Of a DNA stretch of 64,000 nt, positions 12,420 to 24,810 are shown piece by piece (position 1 is the stretch's first letter; the number at the start of each line of letters is the position of its first letter). Both the position numbers and the translations under genes were made by a program. Source of the stretch: Octopus sinensis (lineage: Eukaryota); the NCBI RefSeq assembly GCF_006345805.1, contig NC_043003.1, positions 109,430,001 to 109,494,000 of the forward strand. Reading direction: 5' to 3'. The notes under the pieces were generated by a model, which was not told where the DNA came from, made no database searches, and worked only from the letters and a program-made list of their open reading frames with translations.

Positions 12420-12715
12420 ATGCAGGGGCTGCACCAGCTCCCTCAGTCTGTTTTGGCTTGGTTTCTAAAGCTGGATGTCCTTCCTAATACCAACCACTTT
12501 ACAGAGTGTACTGGGTGCTTTTTACATGGCACCTTGGTTTTAGGATTCTGCTGTGGTAGGTGGGTCTTCCAGGGTACAACAATGCACCACGTATATCAGT
12601 CCTCTGTCATTTTCTGCATAAGGCTCAGCAGTTTGAGATCAGCCTTTGATACTTCATCCTATGTCTTCCTGGGTTTCCCTCTTCCATGTTTCAACAGAGT
12701 GTGAGTGAAAAAAAC
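12420..12715 (-). mobile_element. RTE-clade LINE 3' end
   Basis: Minus strand GGAAGAGGGAAACCCAGGAAGACA (GRGKPRKT) followed by GGTGCCATGTAAAAAGCACC and the RTE tail. Confidence 0.65.
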
Positions 12716-14324
12716 CTTCCGTAGAATGGTTCCAGTGAGGTTAGGTATGCTGTCTTCATGAAGGTAACCTTTATTTGTTTGTCTATTTTCAATTACCATT
12801 ATGGTTAATATTGATGAACACTATGTGTTAGCTGTTGAAATGTTTATCAAGAACGGTGAATGGGAGTTTCTTTTTGCAACGCGCTGTAATACAGGCACAA
12901 TATGTGAAATTTGTAAGGAGAGATTTAGTTGATTAAATCAACCACAGTATTTTACTGGTACTTCATTTTCTTGATCCTGGATGGATGGAAAGTAAAGATA
13001 ACCTTGGTGGTATTTTAACTCAGAATGTGAAAGCAGAGACAAAAACCACAAAATCATGAATTTATTTATTCCTAGATTAAAAGCTGCACTCTCTGCAGAC
13101 TTTCAAGCTAGCACCTGCAGGGGGCTAATTGGGTCTGCAGGTGGCTAATTGGGTCTGCAGCAGAAAACTAAAGAGAACAATAATAATAAAGTATTTATTG
13201 GTACCCTACCAATATGGTATTACTTTAAATTCAGTTTGAAAATTTGTAAGTCCACATATTTTTAGAGTTCTTTTAAAATTTGAATTTTCAACAGTTGGCA
13301 TATAACAAATCCTCATCCAGGCTTGATCCCAACGCAGGATGTTCAAGAACCAAATGAAGGGCAGATTTTCAATCCCAGGATCATCCTGATTCCAAAAAGG
13401 TTATAATATGTTTATGCAGAGCAAATGTAGACTGATATACAGGGGTCCTGGACAGATGGACAGACAGAATTTCACATTTATCATTATAGATAAGTGTATG
13501 AAAGAGATTAATAAAATCTAACTGACGGCAAAATTAGCCACAACAGGATTTGAATTTAGAATATAAAAGGCAGAGACAAAAATCACAATACTAACAATAA
13601 TTATTCATTTATTTATCACAACATGCTGGTGTTACATAAAAAGCACCCAGTACACTCTGTGGAGTGGGTGGCATTAGGAAGGGCATTCAACCAAAGAAAC
13701 CATGCCAGAACAGACAATGGAATCTGGTGCAGCCCCTGGCCTTACAAGCTCTGGTCAAACCATTGCCATCATGGAAAATAGTCATTATATGATGATGATG
13801 GTGATGATCATGATGATGGTAAGATTTATGAAAGAAAATAATAATTTCTAACTCAAGGTGGGATTTGAACTCAGAACATAAAGCACTGAAAATAAGTACT
13901 ACAAAGGTGTTTTGTCTGAAGCTCTAGCCAGATTCTGCCAGTTTACTGACCTAATGATGGAAAAATGATAACAGCTTACCTCATAACTCTTACTTTGTAA
14001 AAGAAAGAGAAACAAAGAAAATATAAAGAACAACACTGAACTGTTGATTACACAAGGCAACATAAATAAAGCTTCATAAGATTTATCAAAGGTTCATGTG
14101 TATGTGAGTATGTGTGTGTGTCTGTGTGTCCATGTATTTGGTGGTCCCTATACAATTGAATCGATACACTGATTTCACACTCATTGATTTTTCAATGGAT
14201 TGAAGCTTTGCAAACACACACACACACACACACACATTTCTCATCAGCTGGGTATTGAGTTCTTCAATGTTTACTACAGACACCAATTATATATACATAT
14301 GGTACATGCATATATATATGTTTA

Positions 14325-14362
<38 letters not shown>

Positions 14363-14455
14363 CAATAATAATAAAGGGTAAAATTAATTAATCAATTAAT
14401 AATTAATAATTTTACCAAGTAGTTGGTATGTTAAAAGAACCATTATCAGTAACCT

Positions 14456-14498
<43 letters not shown>

Positions 14499-14831
14499 GA
14501 ATATAATATCTCTATATATATATTTATGTGCATATATATTGCATTTGTATATATATACAGATATACCATTAAGATAATACTAGTGATGATGATGGCTGTG
14601 GTGGTGGTGATGACGATGATAGCAATGCAGAAAAGAACATCACCAATACAAGAATCGATACCGAAAGACTTAAGCTTTGTATATAATTTATCAATATCAA
14701 TCTCATACAAAAGAAAAAAACCCCACAGTGCACTGCCTTGGTAGCTATCACCTTTGTTACTGGTAGTATCTTACTCTCTGCCTCCTCTTCCTCCGCATCT
14801 TCATAATCTTCACATTTATCATCATAATGAT

Positions 14832-15097
14832 CACTGGTTCTCAACTAGGGTTCATGGCCCTTAGGGGAGTGGGAGGGCCATATAAAATTTTGTTGTTGAA
14901 ATTTATGTGCAAATAAATTGCTTTTACATCTATAATACACGAAATATTTTAACAATTTTTAAAAATACAATTCCTAATAATATTTAATTATAAAAATATA
15001 ATAGAACCTTTTTTAGAACATTCAATAGCGATGGGGGTCCAGTGCAGCAAAATTGTAATCAAGGGGTTCATAGGCAAAATATAGTTGAAAACCACTG
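14832..15097. mobile_element. hAT-like MITE
   Basis: TIRs CACTGGTTCTCAAC / GTTGAAAACCACTG. Flanking 8-mers ATAATGAT / ATACTGAT match at 7 of 8 (TSD). Related copy at 59467-59810. Confidence 0.75.
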
Positions 15098-15585
15098 ATA
15101 CTGATTAACATCATCAGCATCATCATTTCTGTTAACTATACTACCAGTAGTTGCATGAGGTGACAGGAACTCTTATCTGACTACATCTAATGCTGAAAAT
15201 GTCTTGGAGAAAATTGTGAATATTTTCCAGAGAGAGAAGGTGGGTGTTGAAGAAAATTGAAAGTGTAAAACAAGTGAATGACGTTTTAGATTACATAAAC
15301 TGATAGTGTTTCTGTACCTCATGTTACCACACTAACTCTTCTACCATTTCACTGGTATCAGTCTTTCACAAGTCCTTTCCTTGAATCTTCCATGTTTTAC
15401 TCTTGTGAGATTTTGGGTCTGATATTTAAAAAAAAATTTATTTAATTTCCATACATTATTCAGAACTGGTATTTGATTTTCTATGCAAATTTTGGAAAGG
15501 ATATAAAGATTGATTGAGAAATGCTGACACTATTTTAAGACAACATATATACACATACAATCATTTGCTCACACACACACACATG

Positions 15586-15655
15586 CCGTCTGATGATAGC
15601 TTAGTTGGCTAAAACTTTGAAGTGACTGTCAACAACATTCTTGTTTAAGAATAAT
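15586..15655 (+). ncRNA. Second copy of the 6.7-kb hammerhead-like family (degenerate)
   Basis: CTGATGA(15590)-TAGCTTAGTTGGCT-AAAA-CTTTGAAG-TG-ACTGTCAACAACATTC, sharing the 3' flank of 6721-6774. Confidence 0.4.
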
Positions 15656-15679
15656 ATATATAATATATATATAGAGAGA

Positions 15680-16050
15680 GAGAACTGGGCGCCACTGCAT
15701 AGTGCCAAGGACTCCAAATTTGCCATCACTATGTAGGACAAGATACTGCGATCTCTGAGCTTCATCAGAGTCCACAGCTCTTCAATATCCTCCCGAAGGA
15801 CCTGAGAGACCTGATGGGTGAATGCAGATGTCTTCAAAATAAAGCTGGACCTCTTCCTGTCAGGTGTCCCAGATGAACCAACTTCACGGCAGGAGGTGCT
15901 GATGAGGGTAGCTGCATCGAACTCTCTCATGCACCAATGTCAATTGCTAAAAAGCATTTGTAAAGTAAAATCATGTAGCAACACCGAATGGCGGTGCCCC
16001 AGCATGACCACAGCTCGTGAGCTGAAATTAGATAAAATAAAAATAAAAAA
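15680..16050 (+). mobile_element. CR1-like LINE 3' fragment
   Basis: QLFNILPKDLRDL / VFKIKLDLFLSGVPDEP, homologous to 19120-19470. Tail GGCGGTGCCCCAGCATGACCACAGCTCGTGAGCTGAAA. Confidence 0.75.
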
Positions 16051-16088
16051 AGTATAATATATATATATATATATAATATTATATATGT

Positions 16089-16124
<36 letters not shown>

Positions 16125-16319
16125 GGGTTTGTATGGTTGTGTATATATTTATATATTATTCAAAGGAATTCCAACTCTGTTTTTTATGTTTTATTTATAT
16201 TCTTTATAATATTAATGTAGATATAGAAATATATAGTATAAATAGTATAGGTATAGTAAAATGAAATGAAGTATTGGTTGTCTTATTGAATAGAGGAAAT
16301 ATTCAATATCAAATATTAA

Positions 16320-16363
16320 GGGACTAGTATACTTTCTTGCATTTAAGCAGTCTTCAAGGTCCC
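16320..16363 (-). ncRNA. Type I hammerhead-like motif with a 1-nt core insertion
   Basis: GGGAC-CTTGAAGA-C-TGC-TTAAAT-GCA-A-GAAA-GTATAC-TA-GTCCC. Perfect 5-bp stem I, palindromic AGTATACT, triplet CUA. Confidence 0.55.
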
Positions 16364-16389
16364 ACGTTGTGACAGGAGTGTTTCAACTA

Positions 16390-16430
<41 letters not shown>

Positions 16431-16505
16431 GTATATATATATGTTGTTATATTTCGGAATGGTCATATTGCCAGTTTAGCCATAAATATTTAAACGTACT
16501 ATATA

Positions 16506-16569
<64 letters not shown>

Positions 16570-16614
16570 TATGTATATTATATATATATATTACATATAT
16601 TGTATATATATATT

Positions 16615-17540
16615 TGGTGAGCACGACCTTCGAACTTTAGGCCTCACTGAGGAAATGACCAGAGACCGAGACCTTTGGAAATATTCTGTACGTGAGAAGA
16701 CCAGGCAGGACAAGTGAGCCCATCCCACTTATGAATGCCTTTCCTCCCTTGGACACAAAGACCGGTTGAGGCAAGCGAAGTCGATATAGAACCTCCTCGA
16801 TGACAGACACCCATCCCAACCCCCCATGCTTGCGAAGACATGTTGGGCAAGCGAAATCGAATCGAAATCGAAACCGAATTGAACCAGCCAGGATCCCTGG
16901 CCTGGTGGTACGTAAAAAGCACTATCCGACTCGGGCCGTGGCACGTAAATACTCCAATGCGACCGTACGACAGGCACCCATGCCAACCCCCTTTGCTTGT
17001 GAAGACATGTTGGGGCAAGCGAAATCGAAATCGAATTGAACCAGCCAGGATCCCTGGTCTGGTGGTACGTAAAAAGCACTATCCGACTCGTGGCCGTGGC
17101 ACGTAAAATACTCCAATGCGACCCGTACGACAGGCACCCTTGCCAACCCCCTTTGCTTGTGAAGACATGTTTGGGCAAGCGAAATCGAAATCGAATTGAA
17201 CCAGCCAGGATCCCTGGTCTGGGGTACGTAAAAAGCACTATCCGACTCGTGGCCGATGCCAGCACCGCCTCGACTGGCTTCCGTGCCGGTGGCACATAAA
17301 ATACACCATCTGACCGTGGCTGTTGCCAGCCCTGCCTGGCACCTGTGCAGGTGGCACGTAAAAAAGCACCCACTACACTCCGGAGTGGTTGGCGTTAGGA
17401 AGGGCATCCAGCTGTAGAAACATTGCTAATTAGACTGGAGCCTGGTGCAGCCTTCTGGCTTCCCAGAACCCCCGGTCGAACCGTCCACCCATGCTAGCAT
17501 GGAGAACGGACGTTAAACGACGATGATGATGATGATGATA
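16615..17540 (+). mobile_element. RTE-clade LINE 3' end with about 3 tandem 160-170 bp repeats in the 3' UTR
   Basis: HDLRTLGLTEEMTRDRDLWKYSVREKTRQDK*, then a unit starting GACAG(A/G)CACCC at about 16802, 16970 and 17130, then the standard tail and (GAT)n. Confidence 0.8.
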
Positions 17541-17622
17541 TATACTATATATGTTCGATATATAAAGATTTCTCTTGAATGAAACAGTTCTCTAGTCCTG
17601 TAGAAGCTCCTTCTATATAATA

Positions 17623-17660
<38 letters not shown>

Positions 17661-17676
<16 letters not shown>

Positions 17677-19480
17677 CTGAAGAACAGTTCCAAAGTGTGT
17701 TCACTACACTCTAGGACAAGGCAAGTAAACAACCCAGAAGAATTCTTTTGCCACTTTACCAGCGACCAAAGAGACAAAAATTGAGTAATCAACATCGAAG
17801 AAGATGATATCACACTAGCCATTGATGAGATTGACACAAACTCAGCTGCTGGACCTGATGGATTCCCAGCGATCCTTCTCAAATCGTGCAAACGAGCCCT
17901 TGCAAAACCACTACAGCTTCTTTTTCAGAGCTTTCTTGCAAGTGGTAAGCTCCCAGTCAAACTGAAAGAGGGGGTTAATATGCCCCTATCCATAAGGGAG
18001 GTAGCAGAGCAGAAGATGCTAAAAATATAGGCCTATCTCTCTGACCTCACACATCGCAAAGTCATGGAACGAATAGTCCGTAAGAAACTAATCATGTTCC
18101 TTGAAGAAATGAAAAAAAACTTTACTGTCTGACACCCAGCATGGATTTCGACCAGGTAGAGGCTGCCTAACACAGCTCCTGCACACTATGACTGGGTGTT
18201 GAAACAGCTACTAAATGGCTCAATGTGGATGTAATATATCTTGACTTTGCAAAAGCCTTTGATAAAGTCGACCATGGTATGATCTGTCACAAACTGCGTG
18301 GTCTCGGCATAGGCGGGAAATTTGGAGAGTGGCTGCACAACTTCCTAAAAGACAGAAAACAGGCAGTTTTGAGCAATGGAGCCACCTCCAGGGAAACGCA
18401 AATAACAAGCGGTGTCCCACAGGGCACTGTCTTGGGGCCACTGATGTTCATAGTGGCCCTTTCAGACATGCCTTCAGTTGCTACGATGACCACCCTTGCT
18501 AGCTATGCAGATGACACAAAAGTCTCCCACGCAATACAAAACCCTGAAAATATTGCGCATCTGCAACATGAGCTGGACACAATATACAGGTGGGCTGAGG
18601 ACAACAACATGCATTTAATGCAGGTAAGTTCCAGGCCCTGCGCTACTGGCACACAAAGGTAAATGACGTGAAGACTGGATACACTGGCCCCGGAAGAATT
18701 GCAATCCCTGAGTCAAAATCAGGGCATGACACTGGCATTGACATGAGCAATGATCATCTTTCCAAATGCATATTGCTAATCTGGTGATAAAATCAGACGG
18801 CTAGCTGGATGGATTCTCCGAACTTTCAGAACAAGAGAGAAGGAGACACTGATGGTCCTATGGAAAACATTTGTCCTCAGCCCTTGGACTACTGCTCCAA
18901 ACTTTGGTCACCACACAATATAAAACAACAGCAGAACTCGAAGCAACTCAGAGAAGCTACACAAAGAAAATCGTCTCAATGCAAATGTCAGCTACTGGGA
19001 AAGACTGAAGGTATTAAACCTCTTCTCCCTGAGCGAGGCGGGAGAGATATGCAGTGATATACATCTGAAAATCCTGGAGGGTCTTGTCCCAAACTTTGGC
19101 ATTCAAGTTACTCCAACCGCAGAACGGGGCGCCGCTGCGTGGTGCCAAGGATTCCAACATCACCATCAAATACAGGTCCAGATACTGCAACAGCTTGGGT
19201 TCAGAGGACCACAGCTCTTTAAACATCCTCCCTAAATGCCTGAGAGACTTACATGGTGTGGATGTGGGTTTCTTTAAAACTAAACTGGATCTCTTCTTGT
19301 TGGGAGTCCAGATGAACCTACCTCACGACAGGAGACACGGATGCGGGCAGCAGCATCGAACTCCCTTGTTGATCAAGTGCCACGTATCAGAGGTGGTTTC
19401 ACAAACTAGTGTAGCTCATTCAGCGGTGGTGCCCCAGCATGGCCGCGGCTCTTCGGGCTAAAACATTTTTAGGATTTAAG
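17661..19480 (+). mobile_element. 5'-truncated CR1-like (CR1/L2 group) LINE, frameshifted reverse transcriptase
   Basis: AAGPDGFPAILLK, YLDFAKAFDKVDHG, SGVPQGTVLGPLMF, YADDTK, LDYCSKLWSP. The 3' tail is shared with 15680-16050. Confidence 0.9.
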
Positions 19481-19484
19481 ATTT

Positions 19485-19846
19485 AATATATATATATATA
19501 TATATACATATATATGTATATATATATATATATTATATATATATATATACATATATATTATGTTATATATATATGTATATATATGTATATATATATATGT
19601 ATATATATATATACTACACTCTCGGAGTGGTTGGCGTTAGGGAAGGGCATCCAGCTGTAGAAACACTGCCAGATCTGACTGGACTGGTGCAGCTTTCGGG
19701 CTCCCCAGACCCCAGTTGAACCGTCCAACCCATGCTAGCACGGAAAGCGGACGTTAAATGATGATGATGATGATGATGATACATATTATGTATATTTATA
19801 TTATATATATATATATATACATATATACATGTATATGTATATATAT

Positions 19847-19892
<46 letters not shown>

Positions 19893-19981
19893 TATGTAAA
19901 TATATATAATATATATATATATATATATACATATATATGTATATATATATATATATAATAACATATATATACATATATATG

Positions 19982-20014
<33 letters not shown>

Positions 20015-20027
20015 CATATATATGTAT

Positions 20028-20061
<34 letters not shown>

Positions 20062-20075
20062 ATATATACATATAA

Positions 20076-20119
<44 letters not shown>

Positions 20120-20303
20120 TATGTAAAACAAATATAAGAGAGTGGTCAATATATTGCTCACTCTAGCACCAGTTAATCCAAAGGTTTCAACCACGAAGAT
20201 ACATGTTTCCCATGAAAGCCAGTACGACTGTTACTCACACGGACGGGCAATATATTGTATATATATATATATATATTATACATTAGATATATATACTATA
20301 TAT

Positions 20304-20380
<77 letters not shown>

Positions 20381-20431
20381 GTATATATATATAATATGTA
20401 TGTAATATATATACATATAATATATATATAC

Positions 20432-20525
<94 letters not shown>

Positions 20526-20632
20526 GTAATATATATATATATCTATATATATACATATATATATATATACATATACATATATATATAGGTATATATATAT
20601 ATATAATTATATATATATACATATATAGATAT

Positions 20633-20687
<55 letters not shown>

Positions 20688-20690
20688 TGC
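19485..20690. repeat. (TA)n-rich microsatellite field interrupted by an RTE tail (19612-19780) and a short insert (20140-20260)
   Basis: Direct reading of the sequence. Confidence 0.9.
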
Positions 20691-21061
20691 GTATTATATA
20701 CGTGCACACACATACAAGCATCACATATATAGACTAGTTGATACCCAAGTGGCTTCCTTTGGTGCAATTGAAGTCTGTAATAAAATTGTTTTACTTATTT
20801 TAAAAAGAATCCAATCAAAATTTAATTTTTATAGATCTATGTCTGTACAGAGATGAATGATTGATTTTACCCATTATCAAAATGGTCGTTAAGAAGATTT
20901 AATACTTATAAAAATTTTTGATTTTAAAATTACTGTGTGTGCTTAAACTAATTAAAGGCCATGTGAGCCATTAACTGCAATCTAAAACCATATATACATA
21001 CATACATAGACACACAAACACACACATGTATGCACGCATGCACACATACATACATACATTC

Positions 21062-21410
21062 ATTAAAACAGCCACCAAGTTAAAACACAACAGGCCAGAA
21101 ATCATTGTGGGGGACCACAATGAAAAGATATGTTCGGTTGTAGAAACCAGCTTCCCTCTGGACGATAATGTGGTTAGAAAAATACAAGAGAAAGAGGACA
21201 TCTATGGACCATTACCAAGGAGATTGCAAATCCAGTATCCAAGATACACTTTCAGCTTCATACCATTATTACGCGAGCAACAAGATAACCTGTTTGGAGC
21301 AAAGAACTTGGGATCTTGAGGAGAGAATGCAAATCCTTAATTCATACACTACAACTGATTGCAATATCTGGGACTATAAAGATCTGCAAGACCTTCTTCA
21401 TATATAAAGG
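21062..21410 (+). mobile_element. Restriction-like-endonuclease (RLE) non-LTR retrotransposon C-terminal fragment
   Basis: LKHNRPEIIVGDHNEKICSVVETSFPLDDNVVRKIQEKEDIYGPL (PD..E..K..Y pattern), then after a frameshift LIHTLQLIAISGTIKICKTF. Confidence 0.65.
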
Positions 21411-21480
21411 ATGATGGTTAAATCAAGATACTTTCTTTCACAACCTTGCTACCAAGTGGATGGTTGGTCAAAATTTACTC

Positions 21481-21708
21481 TAACCTTTTTGTTACCAGCC
21501 TGGATGAAACCTGCTCTAGCTCCGTAGTACAAAGGTCTTGTTTACATAAGTTTTGAATTAAAATCTTCCACCAAACCTTAGTCACAATTTATGTTCCTAA
21601 CACTAGCTGAATGATAACTAATTTATTTTATTAAATTTTTTGTTATATTTCAAGTAATTGAAAGAAACACAGAGCATCTCAAAATAAATACAATAACGAA
21701 AGGGTTAA
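21481..21708 (+). mobile_element. piggyBac-like MITE (family P1)
   Basis: Ends TAACCTTTT... / ...AAAGGGTTAA. Same family as 49357-49798. Confidence 0.65.
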
Positions 21709-22379
21709 ATTAAAAAGAGAAAAGGAAGATTTACATACATACATGGTGGAAGACAACTTATGGCCAAGCTTGACCATTGTATAACCTGAGTAAGTTCATG
21801 CGATTCTCTCAGAGTTCAAGCAGTTTCCAAGCATGAATTTGTTTTGCATGGATAAAGTGTTCCAGAATACTGAACCCACTTTTTGGCACCCTCAGCTATA
21901 AAACCCATTCTGCAACAGAGGTTGAAATGGTCAGAAACCAACTGCACTTCAAGTTCTTTTCATACAAGTTGACCTTCTCCTAGAAGGAAGATCTAATAAG
22001 AACTAAGGATCCTTTGCTCCCTGTGGTTCACATGCTAATTAACCCATGGCTGGGACTTTAACAGGTTTTACTACTCTGGGTCAGAGCAGACATGTGAACA
22101 ATAATTGCTAAGAGATAGTTTCACATGCCTCAAAATCTAGGAACCCCTGGGCCAGGACCATATTACTGAATGCAATTTAAAGTCATACCCAGGACATAGA
22201 CGTATAGATGTGTGAAGCAGTGACTGAAAGAGAAACTTAAGACCAGTCCAAATATCTTGAGGAATATTTTTTGAACCTCTTAAGGCTTTCCAATGCTGTT
22301 TGTCAGGAGAAAACGTTGTTGCATAAGACAAAATGTGTGTCAAAAACACTATGGTTACCTCAGAGCAAACCCTATAGGA

Positions 22380-22422
22380 CTGATGAATGCATTTCAAACT
22401 TGTTAGTTCTCTTCAGCAGCAG
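22380..22422 (-). ncRNA. Type I hammerhead-like motif (CpG-decayed)
   Basis: CTGCTG-CTGAAGA-GAACT-AACA-AGTTT-GAAA-TGCA-TT-CATCAG. Stem I has 5 of 6 pairs, stem II has 5 bp with G.U at 10.1/11.1, palindrome ATGCAT. Confidence 0.6.
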
Positions 22423-22481
22423 ACACCAAGCTTAGGAAACAAAGTTTTCTAACCAGCTCAGACTTGCCTGGTCTTAAGTTT

Positions 22482-22870
22482 GTACATACATGCATACACG
22501 CATGCATACATACATACATACATACACACATACATACATGCATGCATACATACATACATACATACATACATACACACATACATACAGACACATACATACA
22601 TACACACATACATACATACATACATGCACATACATACATACACACATACATACACACACATACATACATACACACATACATACACACATACATACATACA
22701 TACACACATACATACACACACACATACATACATACACACATACATACATACAGACATACATACATACATACATACACACATACATACATACACACATACA
22801 TACACACACACATACAGACATACATACATACATACACACATACATACATACATACATATATATACATACA
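22482..22870. repeat. (CATA)n/(CA)n microsatellite
   Basis: Direct reading of the sequence. Confidence 0.95.
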
Positions 22871-24134
22871 TAAATGCATATGTACGTATGTACATACTTG
22901 TGTACGTACCTAGATTCACATGACCAAATTAATAACACAATTTACCTAAATGTATGCATGAATTAACCACCCCCCATTCTTATAAACACAATGCTACACT
23001 AGTGACCAATATCACTGTAATACCACTTGACCATTGTATACTGATTAATGTAAGATAAATAACAACTTCAGCCTCTTAATAAGTATCGCTCACTGTGGGA
23101 TGAAAATGTAAAAAACATACGCTTATCTACACAAGTGATCCTAACACTGGCTTTAATACTTTCTTATTTCTTTATTGCCCACAAGGGGGCTAAACACAGA
23201 GGGGACAAACAAGGACAGACGAAGAGATTAAATCAATTACGTTGACCTCAGTGTGTAACTGGTACTTAATTTATTGACCCCCAAAAGGATGAAAGGCAAA
23301 GTCGACCTTGGCAAAATCTGAACTCAGAACATAATGACAAATGAAATACCGCTAAGCATTTTGCTCGGCGCATTAATGTGTCTGCCACAGGCTATCTGTT
23401 ATTTCATTAACCATTTATACGAAAAATACTCATCTATTATGTTTGTATTTGTGTATGTATCCTGGACTCTACAAGTGCTACAAGAATATTGGTCAGACCT
23501 AGTGAACCCCACCACAGAATCTGTGATTCATCATCAAGTGGTATCATACCACTAGCCACTTTTGGGTGTTGAGTTTAATTCACTGTGTGAATGTATGTGT
23601 ACCAAACCATGCGTGTGTGTATGCTTATAACTTTGTGTAAGTTTGTATGAGCAAGTGTACGTGCACCAGACAACATTAGTGAGGGCTTTTGTATATCCAT
23701 ATCCACTAAATGTTATATCTAATACGTTTTTTTTTTGCTATATTGTGTCTTTGTTTCTTTTTGCATCTGATATTCGTTATTGATCTTCTGTAATAATGAA
23801 GCTGTGTCCTTTAATTTGCTGTTTTTGTATAAACATACCAAGGAGAAATCTTGCGGAACGGACATTATTCTAACAAAGTACATCTTGTCACCTGAGGAGA
23901 CACATCTACACCAATGGATACACCTGAACAAGCTGTTCAATATCCCACCTGTGAGGAATGAATGCTAGATTGATCGAAACAATTGTAGTGAACAATAAAC
24001 ATTTTCATATCTTCCATCTTAGTCTCTCTCATTAATCAAATATATATGTATTTATATATACTCACATATATAGTTATATAAGCACACATATATATGTTTG
24101 TGTGTGTGTGTATAAATATAAATATATATATATA

Positions 24135-24640
24135 TATGAGGCAAGTGAGGATCAGAATCGAAATCGATCAATGGAAATTGCGGATGTGCTACCAGTGCCG
24201 GTGGCATGTCAAAACTCTGCTTGTGAAGACCCGTTGAGGCAAGTGACGATCAGAATCGAAATCGATCAATGGAAATCGATCAATGGAAATTGCAGATGTG
24301 TTACCAGTGCCGGTGGCATGTAAGAGAACTTTCCGTTTCGCGACCGTTGCCAGCACCGCCCCGTTTCGTGTCCGTTGCCAGCCTCGCCTGGCCCTCGTGC
24401 CGGTGGCACATAAAAAGCACCATCCGTTCGTGCCGTTTGCCAGCTCTGTCTGGCACCAGTGGGGTGGCACGTGGAAGCACCCACTACACTCGCGGAGTGG
24501 TTGGCGTTGGGAAGGGCATCCAGCCGTAGAAACACTGACTAGGCCTGTATGAAGCCTTCTGGCTTCACAGACCCCAGTAGAACCGTCCAACCCATGCTAG
24601 CATGGAAAACGGACGCTAAACGATGATGATGATGATGATG
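24135..24640 (+). mobile_element. RTE 3' UTR/tail with internal tandem duplication of about 100 bp
   Basis: GAGGCAAGTGA(G/C)GATCAGAATCGAAATCG at about 24138 and 24236, then the standard tail and (GAT)n. Confidence 0.7.
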
Positions 24641-24641
24641 A

Positions 24642-24687
<46 letters not shown>

Positions 24688-24690
24688 TAG

Positions 24691-24722
<32 letters not shown>

Positions 24723-24810
24723 AGATGTGTATGTATGTCTGTGTATACATATATCTATATATATGTATGTATGTATATATGTGTGTGTGTATATATTATA
24801 TTTTAATATA

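Noticed and set aside
16800-17300. Repeat-spacer-like array
   Set aside because: Whole units are duplicated, so there are no unique spacers. It lies within an RTE 3' UTR.
20195-20240. Minus-strand GAAA-CATG-TA palindrome
   Set aside because: No CUGANGA upstream and no stem I.
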